A DNA stretch of 63,770 nt, filler included. It is 6 parts of 6 records of this genome, joined end to end, with 100 filler letters (N's around TTAATTAATTAA, not from the genome) between each part and the next. Parts side by side here need not be neighbours in the genome. Positions count along the whole stretch, not along the records: positions 9,753 to 39,773 come from SRR20825010_4932; 5 more parts are not named here. One strand, 5' to 3'. The position numbers and the translations under genes were made by a program. The notes under the pieces were generated by a model. It worked only from the letters and a program-made list of their open reading frames with translations. It did no database searches and was not told the origin of the DNA. Positions 11,483 to 21,433 of this stretch are shown here, piece after piece. Each line of letters starts with the position of its first letter. Position 1 is the first letter of the stretch.

Positions 11483-12913
11483 TTGGACGGTATGTTCGAA
11501 ACCCTTTTTGCGCCCGGGCTGGACGCCAGCAGTGAAGCACCGCTCAATGAGCAGCTTCAGGCCATGCTGCGGCATGCGATTTTGAACGGCAGCTTGCCCG
11601 CGGGCCACCGCCTGCCAGCGAGCCGCGCGTTGGCAGACCGGCTGGCCATCTCCCGCAACACGGTTCTGGCCGCTTATGAGCATCTGGTGGCCGAAGGGTA
11701 TCTTGAAACACGCCAGGGCGCAGGCACCTATGTGAGCGCAGACCTGCCCGATACCAGCCTGACCATGACCGCTGTGCCGGACGGCACCCGCACAAGCCAT
11801 AACGTGCGGGAGAAAAAAGCCGCGAGACCCCTTTCCGGCATGCCCGCGCTTGATCAGTTCCCCACCGATATCTGGGCGCGGATAGCAGGCAGCGTCTGGC
11901 GTCATGCCGATGCGGTCGAACTGCTTTATAATGACCCTGCAGGGTATCTGCCGCTCAGGCGCACCATATCGGCCTATCTGGAAGCAGCGCGCGGCTTGAC
12001 AGCAAGCCCGGACCAGATCGTCATCACCTCCGGCCTACAGCAAGGCGTGCGATTGGTGATGGAAAGTGTCGTAGACGGTGACCGCGCTATTGTGCTTGAA
12101 GACCCCGGCTATCCCGGCATGACCACTGCCGCCAAAACGCTCTCCAACCCTATCGTTTACACCCGCGTGGATAAAGACGGCGCTGTGCCGCCCAAAATGG
12201 CGGGCGTGCCCGCAGGCCTTATGGTTACAAGCCCGTCACGACAGTATCCGCTGGGCCAGACCATGCCGCTCAAACGCAGGCTGGAAATTCTCGAGTGGGC
12301 GCAACGGGAAAACTGCTTCATTCTGGAAGATGATTACGACAGCGAATTTCGCTATGCCGGACGCCCGATCAACTCGCTTCAGGGCATTGATGGCGGGGAA
12401 CGGGTTATCTATGGCGGCAGCTTCTCCAAATCACTGTTTCTGGCACTTCGGCTCGGGTATCTGGTATTGCCTTTGGGGCTGGTAGACCGGGTGCTCAAGC
12501 ACCGCGCGGCCGTGGACAGCTTCCCCAGCATCAGCAACCAGCTGATGCTGACCCGCTTCATTGAGGAAGGGCATTTCGCCCGCCATATCCGTCGCCTGCG
12601 CGGTGTGCATAAAACCCGACTGGGCCTGTTTATGGATGCGGCGAGAGAGTGGCTTTCGCCCTATTTTACCTTTGAGCAGTCAGACACCGGGCTGCATGTT
12701 GTCGCTACCTCAAAGCTGAACCACCTGAGCGATGTTAAGCTTTCGCTGATTGCGGGGCGCGCAGGTATTGGAGCCTCGCCGCTTTCCGAAACATATCGGG
12801 CATGTCCGCCGCAACATGGTTTGCTTTTTGGCTTTGCTAATCTACAAGAACGGGAAATTAACAACCGCCTCAAAGAGTTGGCGACACTTTTATCCCAACA
12901 AACGGGCTTTTAA
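11474..12913 (+). CDS. MocR/GabR-family regulator (GntR HTH plus PLP aminotransferase-like domain)
   Basis: RLPASRALADRLAISRNTV..AYEHLVAEGY; ILEDDYDSEFRY; GSFSKSLF.ALRLGY. Confidence 0.95.
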   Translation: MPILDGMFETLFAPGLDASSEAPLNEQLQAMLRHAILNGSLPAGHRLPASRALADRLAISRNTVLAAYEHLVAEGYLETRQGAGTYVSADLPDTSLTMTAVPDGTRTSHNVREKKAARPLSGMPALDQFPTDIWARIAGSVWRHADAVELLYNDPAGYLPLRRTISAYLEAARGLTASPDQIVITSGLQQGVRLVMESVVDGDRAIVLEDPGYPGMTTAAKTLSNPIVYTRVDKDGAVPPKMAGVPAGLMVTSPSRQYPLGQTMPLKRRLEILEWAQRENCFILEDDYDSEFRYAGRPINSLQGIDGGERVIYGGSFSKSLFLALRLGYLVLPLGLVDRVLKHRAAVDSFPSISNQLMLTRFIEEGHFARHIRRLRGVHKTRLGLFMDAAREWLSPYFTFEQSDTGLHVVATSKLNHLSDVKLSLIAGRAGIGASPLSETYRACPPQHGLLFGFANLQEREINNRLKELATLLSQQTGF

Positions 12914-13015
12914 TAAAATCCGCGCCATAGTAGCCTATAGGAACAGGGGCCACCGCGGGGGCGGGTGTGCAGCAATGAGGCCGCACCGCATAGGACCTAT
13001 ATTCAGGAGAGACTT

Positions 13016-13756
13016 ATGAACTGGACCGGACCGGTTGGATCACTTTTCATGGCAACTGCACTTGCCGCGTCAGCCTCTGCGCAGGATAACTGGAGCTATT
13101 CCGGCTCTAACGGGCCTAACAGCTGGGGCTCTATTTCCAGTGTTTGTGCCAATGGCTCCATGCAGTCCCCTATCATCATGGAAGGCACGGAAGCCGTCCT
13201 CCTCAACCGGCTTGAGACCAACTATAACGTCTCGCCCGTTGATATGAAAAATGACCGGCGCACCATACGGTTTGATTATGCACCCGGCAGCATGCTGCGT
13301 GTGGGTGATAAAACCTTTGAGCTGACCGGCTTTCATTTCCATACACCGGGTGAACACCGGGTGATGGCCCAGAGCTTCCCGATGGAAATTCATTTCGATC
13401 ACCGCGCGGCAGACGGCACCCAGGCCCGTGTTGCCGTACTGGTGAAAGAAGGCTCGGCAAACATAGCGGCGGAAGAGCTGTGGCCGCACCTGCCGATTGA
13501 ACCCGACCAGACATCCCGCAGGCCAGACGTCAAGATCAACGCCCGCGACTTCATGCCCCACAGTGGCACCTATTACCGGTATATGGGGTCAGAAACCCAC
13601 CCACCCTGCACAGAGGGGGTAAACTGGTACATCTTTAAGGAACCGGTAGAGTTCTCCAAAGAACAGATCGCCGTCATGAACGGCATCATGGGGGAAAACG
13701 CGCGACCCCTGCAGCCGCGCAACAATCGGATGATCCTAGATGCGCTGCCTAACTGA
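13016..13756 (+). CDS. Secreted alpha-carbonic anhydrase
   Basis: WSYSG.NGP..WG, QSPI, FHFHTPGEH, EIHF, YMGSETHPPCTEGVNW, NARPLQP; AGGAG RBS before 13016. Confidence 0.93.
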   Translation: MNWTGPVGSLFMATALAASASAQDNWSYSGSNGPNSWGSISSVCANGSMQSPIIMEGTEAVLLNRLETNYNVSPVDMKNDRRTIRFDYAPGSMLRVGDKTFELTGFHFHTPGEHRVMAQSFPMEIHFDHRAADGTQARVAVLVKEGSANIAAEELWPHLPIEPDQTSRRPDVKINARDFMPHSGTYYRYMGSETHPPCTEGVNWYIFKEPVEFSKEQIAVMNGIMGENARPLQPRNNRMILDALPN

Positions 13757-14552
13757 TTTCTCGCACCGAGCTGGGTTTAAACTGGTAAGCGGCGCCGCCG
13801 CACTGCTTCTTCTGGCGGCCTGTGATACAGGCGGTATGTCACGCAGCGTACAGCCAAAAGGTGTCACCACGCAGCGCGCCAGCAACGCGGTTGAACAAGC
13901 CATGTGTGAAGGGCGCGCCATTGACGCAGCACGCATCTTGATCAGCGAACCTTTATCATCACCGGCAGACAGATTTTATACCGGCCTCGCGCTCGAGCAG
14001 AGCGGCAAGCCGGTTGCGGCGCGGCGTATATATGCCTCTCTCATGAGTTCCGGTTCACGCGATAGGGTTTTCCTGCGGTGCGGAAATGAAGTGATGGCTG
14101 ACGGCGCGGTCGGGTCTGAAGCTGGCCGCCGCCTCGCCATTATCGCCAGCGAGCTTCAAGCCATGGACGTGTCGCGTATGCAGCCTGTCAGGCTTGATCA
14201 CAGCTTGCCCTCTATCACGGAAAAACCGGCGGACGTTGCCCGCACGACCCCTGCCGCAGGCAACACAGGCCCACGGCGCGACGTGAGCCGCCCAAGCGGC
14301 AGCTCACCCCTTGGGCGCTGGTTTGCGCATCTGGCGTCTTATCGGTCCTATGAACAAGCCGTGTCGTCAAAAAGTATTCTTGAGAAAAAATACCCGGCAC
14401 TCAGCGGTATCATTGACCAGTGGGAAGTGAACGTTGGCGGTTTTGCGCTGCGGCTTGGCGTACGGCTTGAAGAAAAATCTGGCGCGCAAACCCTGTGCAA
14501 CCAGGTGAAAAGCCAGGGCGACTATTGCGCGGTTATGGATACATCTCAATAA
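13740..14552 (+). CDS. SPOR-domain lipoprotein
   Basis: Lipobox LLAAC; C-terminal HLASYRS...AQTLCNQVKSQGDYC. Confidence 0.7.
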   Translation: MRCLTDFSHRAGFKLVSGAAALLLLAACDTGGMSRSVQPKGVTTQRASNAVEQAMCEGRAIDAARILISEPLSSPADRFYTGLALEQSGKPVAARRIYASLMSSGSRDRVFLRCGNEVMADGAVGSEAGRRLAIIASELQAMDVSRMQPVRLDHSLPSITEKPADVARTTPAAGNTGPRRDVSRPSGSSPLGRWFAHLASYRSYEQAVSSKSILEKKYPALSGIIDQWEVNVGGFALRLGVRLEEKSGAQTLCNQVKSQGDYCAVMDTSQ

Positions 14553-14790
14553 CTTAGAGGCTGTTTTAGCGCTGTTTTAACTGGGCTGGCGAAAGCAACG
14601 TTGCCCCCAACCATCTCCAAACCAATTTCAGGCTGGTTATCGCCGCGTCATCTGCCTATGATGGCGCCGTTTTTATAGGCTGCAGAACCATGTGGCCTTC
14701 ATAATGAAACAGGCTAAAAAGCCTGCAACTTATGTGGCTGGCGTTCACAGTCGTCAGCGCGCGTATCTAGTACTCTGGGGAGAGGAAATA

Positions 14791-16206
14791 ATGGCTGGAG
14801 CCACACAACACGCCCATTGGTCTTCAAAATGGGCTTTCATGCTGGCAGCGGTGGGTAGTGCTGTTGGTCTTGGGAATATCTGGAAGTTTCCATATGAAGC
14901 AGGCCAAGGGGGCGGTGGCGCCTTCGTGCTTGTTTACCTGATTTTTGTTTTCGTGATCGGTGTGCCAATGCTGGTGGCCGAGCTTTCACTGGGTCGCCGC
15001 GGGCAGATGTCACCTATTAACTCGATGGCAAAAATCGCCCGCGAGGAAAAGCGTAACCCGTTGTGGGCGCTCATTGGCTGGTCCGGCGTTGTTGGCGCGT
15101 TTATCGTCATCAGCTTCTATTCGGTTGTTGGCGGCTGGACACTGGCTTATATGGCCAAAGCTGTCACCGGTGCCTTCTCTGGCATTACAGCCGAAGCAAG
15201 CCAGGCAACCTTCCTAGCCTACATCAGCGACCCTGTGATGACGATTGTTTCCCACGTGGCGTTTATGGCGATCACGATCTTTATCGTGGCCAAGGGCGTG
15301 CAAGGCGGGCTTGAAAAAGCTGTCACACTTCTGATGCCCGCACTATTCGCGCTTCTGTTGATCCTCGTGATCTACTCAGCGTTCAACGGTGCTTTCCTTG
15401 CCACGATCGACTTCCTTTTCAACCCGGATTTCGATCAGCTTTTCTATAAAGAGACAGTCCTCGCGAGCGGCGAAGTAACCCGGCATTTCAGCCTTGATAC
15501 CGTGCTGCAGGCGCTTGGGCAGTCTTTCTTCTCGCTCTCGCTCGCACTTGGTTCGATCATGACATATGGCTCATACCTGCGCCGTGATGTGAACCTCGGC
15601 AAATCTGCCGTGATTATTGCCAGCGCCGATAGTGCTGTTGCCTTGATGGCAGGCCTTGCGATCTTTCCGATCGTGTTTGCTTACGGCCTCGATGTTGGCC
15701 AAGGTGGCGGCCTTGTGTTCATGACCCTGCCGATTGCGTTTGGCCAGATGCCGCTTGGCACGCTTGTTGGCACGCTCTTCTTTGCGCTGTTGGCAGTTGC
15801 TGCGGTAACGAGCGCGATCTCGCTTCTCGAGCCGCCAGTATCCTATATCGCAGAGAAAACAACCATGAGCCGCCGCAAGGTTGCGATAACCATGGGTGTG
15901 GCTGCAGGTCTTGTGGGTGTGCTGTCAGCCTATAGCCAGGGCACAAACCTGCTCTCGGACGTTCGTATCTTTGGTGTGAACATCATGGACGCGAAAGACT
16001 TCCTCACCAACAACATCATGATGCCGCTGGCTGGCATGTTTACGGCGCTGTTTGTGGGTTGGTTCGTGAGCCGCAAAGCCATGATGGACGAGTTGGCACT
16101 AGAGGATCGCAGCTTCCGTATCTGGTACTTCCTGGTGCGCTTTGTGAGCCCGATTGCAGTTGGTGTAATCTTCGTAAAAATCATCTTCGATACAATCACT
16201 GGCTAA
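14791..16206 (+). CDS. Sodium-dependent transporter (NSS/SNF family)
   Basis: WSSKWAFMLAAVGSAVGLGNIWKFPY...GGGAF; QSFFSLSL. Confidence 0.94.
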   Translation: MAGATQHAHWSSKWAFMLAAVGSAVGLGNIWKFPYEAGQGGGGAFVLVYLIFVFVIGVPMLVAELSLGRRGQMSPINSMAKIAREEKRNPLWALIGWSGVVGAFIVISFYSVVGGWTLAYMAKAVTGAFSGITAEASQATFLAYISDPVMTIVSHVAFMAITIFIVAKGVQGGLEKAVTLLMPALFALLLILVIYSAFNGAFLATIDFLFNPDFDQLFYKETVLASGEVTRHFSLDTVLQALGQSFFSLSLALGSIMTYGSYLRRDVNLGKSAVIIASADSAVALMAGLAIFPIVFAYGLDVGQGGGLVFMTLPIAFGQMPLGTLVGTLFFALLAVAAVTSAISLLEPPVSYIAEKTTMSRRKVAITMGVAAGLVGVLSAYSQGTNLLSDVRIFGVNIMDAKDFLTNNIMMPLAGMFTALFVGWFVSRKAMMDELALEDRSFRIWYFLVRFVSPIAVGVIFVKIIFDTITG

Positions 16207-16231
16207 CCCGAGCGACCATATAGAAATGATT

Positions 16232-16258
16232 AAGGGGCCGTTTGGGCCCCTTTTTTTT
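16232..16258 (+). terminator. Intrinsic terminator
   Basis: AAGGGGCC-loop-GGCCCC followed by T8. Confidence 0.8.
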
Positions 16259-16278
16259 ATTGCCGGAAACTTGTGAGC

Positions 16279-16695
16279 TTACGCAGCTTCGGCGATACCG
16301 TAGATACGTTCCACCATGGCAAAAAGCCCATTGGCACGAAGCGGCGACAGGTGCGACGCAAGGCCAAGCTGATCAAGGATCGCGCGGGCATCTGTTGCCT
16401 TGATCTCAGCGGCGGTTTTGCCTGAGAAGATCAGAAGCATGATCGCAACCAGCCCCTTGACGATATGGGCGTCGCTGTCACCGCGCAGGATGATATGGCC
16501 CTCAGTATCGGTCTCGGGCACCAGCCAAACCTGGCTCTGGCAGCCGCGCACCTTATACTCGTCTGTCATCTCGTTATCGCTGAGCGGCGGCAGCTTGCGG
16601 CCCAGGTCAATGATATAGCGATACTTGTCTTCCCAATCCTCGAGAAACTCAAACGTATCCAAAATTTCAACGATCGTTGTATTTTCAAGCGACAT
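16279..16695 (-). CDS. sufE: SufE-family sulfur acceptor
   Basis: WEDKYRYIIDLG, VRGCQSQVWL, DSDAHIVKGL, LSPLRANGL. Confidence 0.92.
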   Translation of the reverse strand: MSLENTTIVEILDTFEFLEDWEDKYRYIIDLGRKLPPLSDNEMTDEYKVRGCQSQVWLVPETDTEGHIILRGDSDAHIVKGLVAIMLLIFSGKTAAEIKATDARAILDQLGLASHLSPLRANGLFAMVERIYGIAEAA

Positions 16696-16834
16696 CGTAT
16701 ATCCCAAACGCTACGGTACCTTGACAGTCTGGCGTTTCGCCCGACCTAATGTCTCGAGTGTCTAAAGGATCGGGCCAATGAATAAAAGGCCAAAAACCGA
16801 ATGACAGCCTTCGGGCAAAGCGAGGGGAGCGCCT

Positions 16835-18193
16835 ATGTCATCCAACCAATCCGGTTATCCACGCCCGGCCTATGCGTGGTATATGGTGGCATTGCTGCTG
16901 GTTATCTACACCTTTTCCTTCATCGACAGGCAAATTCTTGGCCTGCTTGGCCCTTGGATCATTAAGGATTTCCAGATATCTGACACCATGTTCGGCCTAC
17001 TGACCGGATTTGGCTTCGCAGTTTTCTATACTCTTTTTGGCCTGCCCTTCGCACGCATTGCCGACAGCCGCAGTCGTCGCGGCCTGATCGCGGTTGGCCT
17101 TCTTGTCTGGAGCTTGATGACTGCACTGTCGTCGCTGGCCCGAGGCTACTGGATGCTGTTTGCACTTCGCATCGGTGTCGGTGTCGGAGAAGCCGCACTT
17201 GCTCCCGCCGCCAATTCGCTGGTGGCCGATAGCTTCCCCAAAAAGCGGCTAGCTACAGCGCTTAGCGTCTACGCTATGGGTATCCCAGTTGGCTCTGCGC
17301 TTGCCTTTTATGTCGGTGGAACGGTAATTAACCTAGCCGACCAGTTACCCGATATCGTGGTGCCTGGTGGTGAACTGATGCGCAACTGGCAAAAAGTGCT
17401 GCTGATGGTAGGCCTGCCGGGCATGCTGCTCACACTTTTGATGTTCACGGTAAAGGAACCCAGCCGCAAGGGCGCGACCGGTGAAAGCGACAGCATTCCT
17501 GTACGAGAAGTAATTGCCCACGTAAAGAACCGCTTCCGTGCGTATGCTGGTATTTGCTTCGGCGTTTCTTTTGTCGCCATGCTTGGCTTCGGCACGCTTA
17601 TTTTCCTCACCTTGTTTTTCCACCGCTATCACGGTCTTGAGCCCGGAGACGTAGGCAAGACATTTGGGCTGATCTCTCTAGTAACCGGGCCAGCCGGACT
17701 GCTACTTGGCGGCTATCTGGCGGACCGCTGGCTCGCTCAAGGCAAGCAAGATTCCCATGTGCGTGCGCTTCTCGTCGCGCCTTTTGGTTACCTGATTCCT
17801 GCAGTGGCTCTCCCATTCATTTCCGATACAAACCTCGTTTGGTGGGTGCTGGGCTTTTCCAACTTTTTCATCAATCTGCCATCCGGCATCGCATTTGCCT
17901 CCCTTCAGATCATCACACCGAACCAGATGCGCGGGCAGGTAATTGCATTCTATGTCTTTTGTACCAACATCCTCGGCTATGGTGGCGGACCTTTTCTGAT
18001 CGGCTTCCTGACTGACAGCCTGTTCGGCGATAAAATGATGCTCAACTATTCACTCGCGCTTGTTGCGGCCATTACCACACCCTGCTGCATTGGCCTGCTG
18101 TTGTGGGGACGCAAGGCTTTCGCCGCCGCCGTGGTGGAAGAGGAAGAGCGCCAGAAGGCTTTGGCACAGACCGTGGAGACCCCGGCGCTCTAA
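16835..18193 (+). CDS. MFS transporter (spinster-like)
   Basis: SFIDRQIL, RIGVGVGEA, about 12 hydrophobic segments. Confidence 0.92.
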   Translation: MSSNQSGYPRPAYAWYMVALLLVIYTFSFIDRQILGLLGPWIIKDFQISDTMFGLLTGFGFAVFYTLFGLPFARIADSRSRRGLIAVGLLVWSLMTALSSLARGYWMLFALRIGVGVGEAALAPAANSLVADSFPKKRLATALSVYAMGIPVGSALAFYVGGTVINLADQLPDIVVPGGELMRNWQKVLLMVGLPGMLLTLLMFTVKEPSRKGATGESDSIPVREVIAHVKNRFRAYAGICFGVSFVAMLGFGTLIFLTLFFHRYHGLEPGDVGKTFGLISLVTGPAGLLLGGYLADRWLAQGKQDSHVRALLVAPFGYLIPAVALPFISDTNLVWWVLGFSNFFINLPSGIAFASLQIITPNQMRGQVIAFYVFCTNILGYGGGPFLIGFLTDSLFGDKMMLNYSLALVAAITTPCCIGLLLWGRKAFAAAVVEEEERQKALAQTVETPAL

Positions 18194-18321
18194 ACCCACG
18201 GTGGGCTGTACGCGGCGTCGAAATTATGTACTGTATCCTCTGGGTTACATGAGGGCGGATAAGTGGGAGAAGGCTGCCTCCCACCCGCCTAGATCGACAC
18301 ATGAAAACAGGGGGAGCAGGA

Positions 18322-19926
18322 ATGAATACGCTCAGACGTTTGGGCCTCACGGCTCTGGCCATCGCGTCTTTAGGCTTTGGTCTATCGGCCGCAGACAGCA
18401 CAAAAGATGAATTGCCTGACGGCACCGACGGTGAAGGCCGGTACGAGCGCCTTGTCCTCAGGGGTGGTTATATCATTGACGGCACCGGTGGCCCAGCCTA
18501 CGGCCCGGCTGATGTGGTGATCGAGAACAACCGTATCACCGAGATACAGGTTGTGGGCGTACCTGGCAGCCCGATCAAGGAAGAAGGTCGCCCGGCAAAA
18601 GGTGACCGCGAGCTGGACGTCACCGGCAAATACATCCTGCCCGGCTTTGTTGATGTGCACGCCCACATCCACGGCAAGGATTTCGGGCAAGGTGTCTCCC
18701 CCGATTATATCTTCAAGCTGTGGCTATCGCACGGCGTTACCACCGCCCGCATTGTGGGTTTCAGCGGGTTTGAACGCACGCTTGATTTCAAGAAACGTAG
18801 CGAGAATAACGACATTACCGCTCCCCGACTGGTGGCTTATCCGGCCTTCTCCGGCATCAAAAGCGTGAAGGAAGCCCGCGAAACAATTCAGCGCTTCAAG
18901 AAAATGGGGGCGGACGGTGTTAAATTTGTCGGCAATCCGAAAGCTGTGCTGATGGCTGGCCTTGATGAAGCTCAGAAACTTGGCCTGCCCACCACCATGC
19001 ACCATTCACAAACGGCAGTGACCGACGCCAATGTGCTGGATACCTCAGCCCACGGGCTTGATAGCATGGAGCATTGGTACGGGCTGCCGGAAGCCATGTT
19101 CGAGGACAAGCTCATTCAAGACTATCCGTCCGACTATATCTATACGGACGAGATGGACCGCTTTGGTGAAGCCGGAAAGCTTTGGAAACAAGCCGCCAAA
19201 CCCGGCTCTCCAAAATGGAACGAGGTGATGGACACGCTGCTGGAGCGTGACTTTGCCCTCAACCCCACCTTTACAATTTATGTGGCCTCGCGCGACCTGA
19301 TGCGCATGAGCCGCGCCGTCTGGCACGACGAATACACCATGCCCGCGCTATGGGATTTCTACCGCCCAAGCGCAGAAGCCCACGGCTCTTATTGGTTTGA
19401 CTGGACCACAGAACACGAGGTTGAGTGGAAGAAGAACTACAAACTATGGATGCAGTTCATCAACGACTATAAAAACCGCGGCGGTAAAGTGGGTGTGGGC
19501 AGCGACACCGGCTATATCTACAGCCTTTATGGCTTTGGCTATATTCAGGAGTTTGAGCTTTTGCAGGAAGCTGGCTTCCACCCGCTTGAGGTTATCCGCT
19601 CCGCCACCACAATCGGTGCGCAGGAGTTGAAGATGGAGAGCGATATCGGCGCCGTAGAGGTTGGCAAAAAGGCTGACATCGTGGTGGTTGACGAAAACCC
19701 ACTTCATAACTTCAAGGTGCTATACGGCACAGGTGCTGTGAAACTGAACCGGGAAACTGGGCTCGTGGAACGGGTCGGCGGTGTGCGCTGGACCATCAAG
19801 GACGGTATTGTTTTTGACGCCGCCAAGCTGCGGGCCGATGTGCGCCAGATGGTGCGTGAAGCCAAAATTGAGGCTGGCATGAACCCGGATAAACCACTGG
19901 CCATTGCCAATAGCCCGGCCGAGTAA
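18322..19926 (+). CDS. Secreted amidohydrolase family protein
   Basis: Signal peptide; LPGFVDVHAH, GSD, GAVEVGKKADIVV. Confidence 0.88.
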   Translation: MNTLRRLGLTALAIASLGFGLSAADSTKDELPDGTDGEGRYERLVLRGGYIIDGTGGPAYGPADVVIENNRITEIQVVGVPGSPIKEEGRPAKGDRELDVTGKYILPGFVDVHAHIHGKDFGQGVSPDYIFKLWLSHGVTTARIVGFSGFERTLDFKKRSENNDITAPRLVAYPAFSGIKSVKEARETIQRFKKMGADGVKFVGNPKAVLMAGLDEAQKLGLPTTMHHSQTAVTDANVLDTSAHGLDSMEHWYGLPEAMFEDKLIQDYPSDYIYTDEMDRFGEAGKLWKQAAKPGSPKWNEVMDTLLERDFALNPTFTIYVASRDLMRMSRAVWHDEYTMPALWDFYRPSAEAHGSYWFDWTTEHEVEWKKNYKLWMQFINDYKNRGGKVGVGSDTGYIYSLYGFGYIQEFELLQEAGFHPLEVIRSATTIGAQELKMESDIGAVEVGKKADIVVVDENPLHNFKVLYGTGAVKLNRETGLVERVGGVRWTIKDGIVFDAAKLRADVRQMVREAKIEAGMNPDKPLAIANSPAE

Positions 19927-19951
19927 AAACACCAGATAGGTAGCGCAACAC

Positions 19952-19982
19952 AAACCCCGGGACCATGTACCTCGGGGTTTTT
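19952..19982 (+). terminator. Intrinsic terminator, possibly bidirectional
   Basis: AAACCCCG...CGGGGTTTTT between convergent genes. Confidence 0.7.
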
Positions 19983-19996
19983 ATTGGCGTCGTGCG

Positions 19997-20551
19997 CTAT
20001 AAGTGGGCTGATTTTAGCTGGGGCACCGCGTCCGGTATACCGGCGCCTATATCTACGGGGACAATGGTAAAAAACTGTGCGCCAGAGCTGACAAGCGGGC
20101 CAAGATTCTCACCTGCCTGCGGCTGCCATCCCTTGTTGTAATAAAGGAAGGTATCGATTTTACCATCCCCACCCCTGATCGGCAGATTAAGGCTTTCATA
20201 ATGGTGAGAGCTATCGCGCGCGAACTCGAGGCTCATTTTATGCCAGGCGGCGCAAGGCTGGGCGATAATATTATCCAACCATGTGTTGGCATAGTCGTGA
20301 AGGTGCTTTGGCAGATATTTGAAAAAATCTTCGCCGACGGGATCGTCACCCATCTTGAGGTTAACCTCGGAACCCAGCAGTCGGTACCGATAATCACGCG
20401 GACCGTATTTCTTCACCATGGTGACATTGGCAAGAAGGTCGCCAAACTTCATCGGCCTGACATTCTTCCAGAGCGGCACCACTTCTCCGGGCGCCCGAAA
20501 AGCGACCCAAACATCGAAGAAGGGAATAAATTTTCCGCTCAAAGGCTTCAT
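19997..20551 (-). CDS. Stand-alone PAS-fold protein (PAS_5/DUF1457-like)
   Basis: W...P..F..LLANV....YRYRLLGS...ESLNLP pattern; AGGAG RBS before ATG 20551. Confidence 0.65.
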   Translation of the reverse strand: MKPLSGKFIPFFDVWVAFRAPGEVVPLWKNVRPMKFGDLLANVTMVKKYGPRDYRYRLLGSEVNLKMGDDPVGEDFFKYLPKHLHDYANTWLDNIIAQPCAAWHKMSLEFARDSSHHYESLNLPIRGGDGKIDTFLYYNKGWQPQAGENLGPLVSSGAQFFTIVPVDIGAGIPDAVPQLKSAHL

Positions 20552-20594
20552 GGCATCTCCTATCAGGCCCCAGAGTATCATAATCAGAGGTGAT

Positions 20595-20609
20595 TTAAGG
20601 AAAACTTAA
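20595..20609. promoter_or_regulatory. CtrA-type box
   Basis: TTAA-GGAAAAC-TTAA (TTAA-N7-TTAA) about 45 bp upstream of the PAS gene. Confidence 0.55.
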
Positions 20610-20687
20610 AGCAGAAGCCGCAATAAACAGGAGCGCAGAGACCTTCGCTCGCCTCCCACTATTCAAGGATATCCGGTCAATCGTCAG

Positions 20688-21242
20688 CTAACGTACTGGC
20701 TGAACAGGGAGGTCTGGCAAGCCTTTACCAATGTCCACCCCGATACATTCCAGATGATTTGCGCCAGCGCTGATGAGCCCGCCAAGCTCGTCAGGATGTT
20801 TTTCGCCCCAGGCGTGGTTGCCAAACAGATAATAGTGGCCTTCTCCGCCCTTCCCGCGAAGCGGTAAACCCAACACTTGGGCACCCCTGTCAGCCTCGTT
20901 ATTATAGACTAGATCCATGCTAGTGATGGTGCCACACCCATAGAAGGTCATGGCTTCGAACCAGTCAGCCAGAAACTCACGTACCTCGGGCACAAAATAT
21001 TCAAGCATGTTGAAGCCAACAGGGTTTTCCTGCTGACGGGCGCTTACTGCCGTGCCCATGACGCGGTACTCATAGTGCGCGCGGTCTACCCGCTCAACCA
21101 GCACAATGTTGGGTAGCATCGCCCCAAGTGCCATGGGGTTAAAACCGTCGCGGGTCGGCATAACCTGGCCGTCGTCCCTTAGTTCATCCCATACCGCATA
21201 GACAGTGCGGAAAATCTTATTATCCTGAATAGCTTGGATCAT
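20688..21242 (-). CDS. Stand-alone PAS-fold protein (PAS_5/DUF1457-like)
   Basis: WDELR....MPTRDGFNPMALGAMLPNIVLVE...YRVMGT...LGLPL; paralog-like to the adjacent gene. Confidence 0.72.
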   Translation of the reverse strand: MIQAIQDNKIFRTVYAVWDELRDDGQVMPTRDGFNPMALGAMLPNIVLVERVDRAHYEYRVMGTAVSARQQENPVGFNMLEYFVPEVREFLADWFEAMTFYGCGTITSMDLVYNNEADRGAQVLGLPLRGKGGEGHYYLFGNHAWGEKHPDELGGLISAGANHLECIGVDIGKGLPDLPVQPVR

Positions 21243-21317
21243 ACACTCATGCACTCGCCCTGTTGAATACCGATGCATTCTAGTGGGGCAATACTCTTCA
21301 AGCAACGAACAACATTC

Positions 21318-21345
21318 AAAAAAAAAGGGCGGGAAAATCCCGCCC
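21318..21345 (-). terminator. psp operon terminator
   Basis: GGGCGGG-N5-CCCGCCC plus U9 on the minus strand. Confidence 0.85.
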
Positions 21346-21393
21346 TGTGCTTTCACGTCCTGGAGAGGATGGGAAAGTGAGTGTCTAAGTCCT

Positions 21394-21433
21394 GTCCGAT
21401 TCTGGTCCGATTCTGGTCCGGTCCGGGTCCGGT
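21394..21433. repeat. Short tandem repeats in the pspC 3' UTR
   Basis: GTCCGATTCTG x2 followed by GTCCG(G) x3. Confidence 0.8.

Noticed and set aside
14553-14790. Possible riboswitch upstream of the sodium-dependent transporter
   Set aside because: Several short hairpins but no aptamer consensus or expression platform that I can recognise.
21394-21433. Possible mini CRISPR array
   Set aside because: Repeats are 5-11 bp with no spacers, and there are no cas genes in the window.
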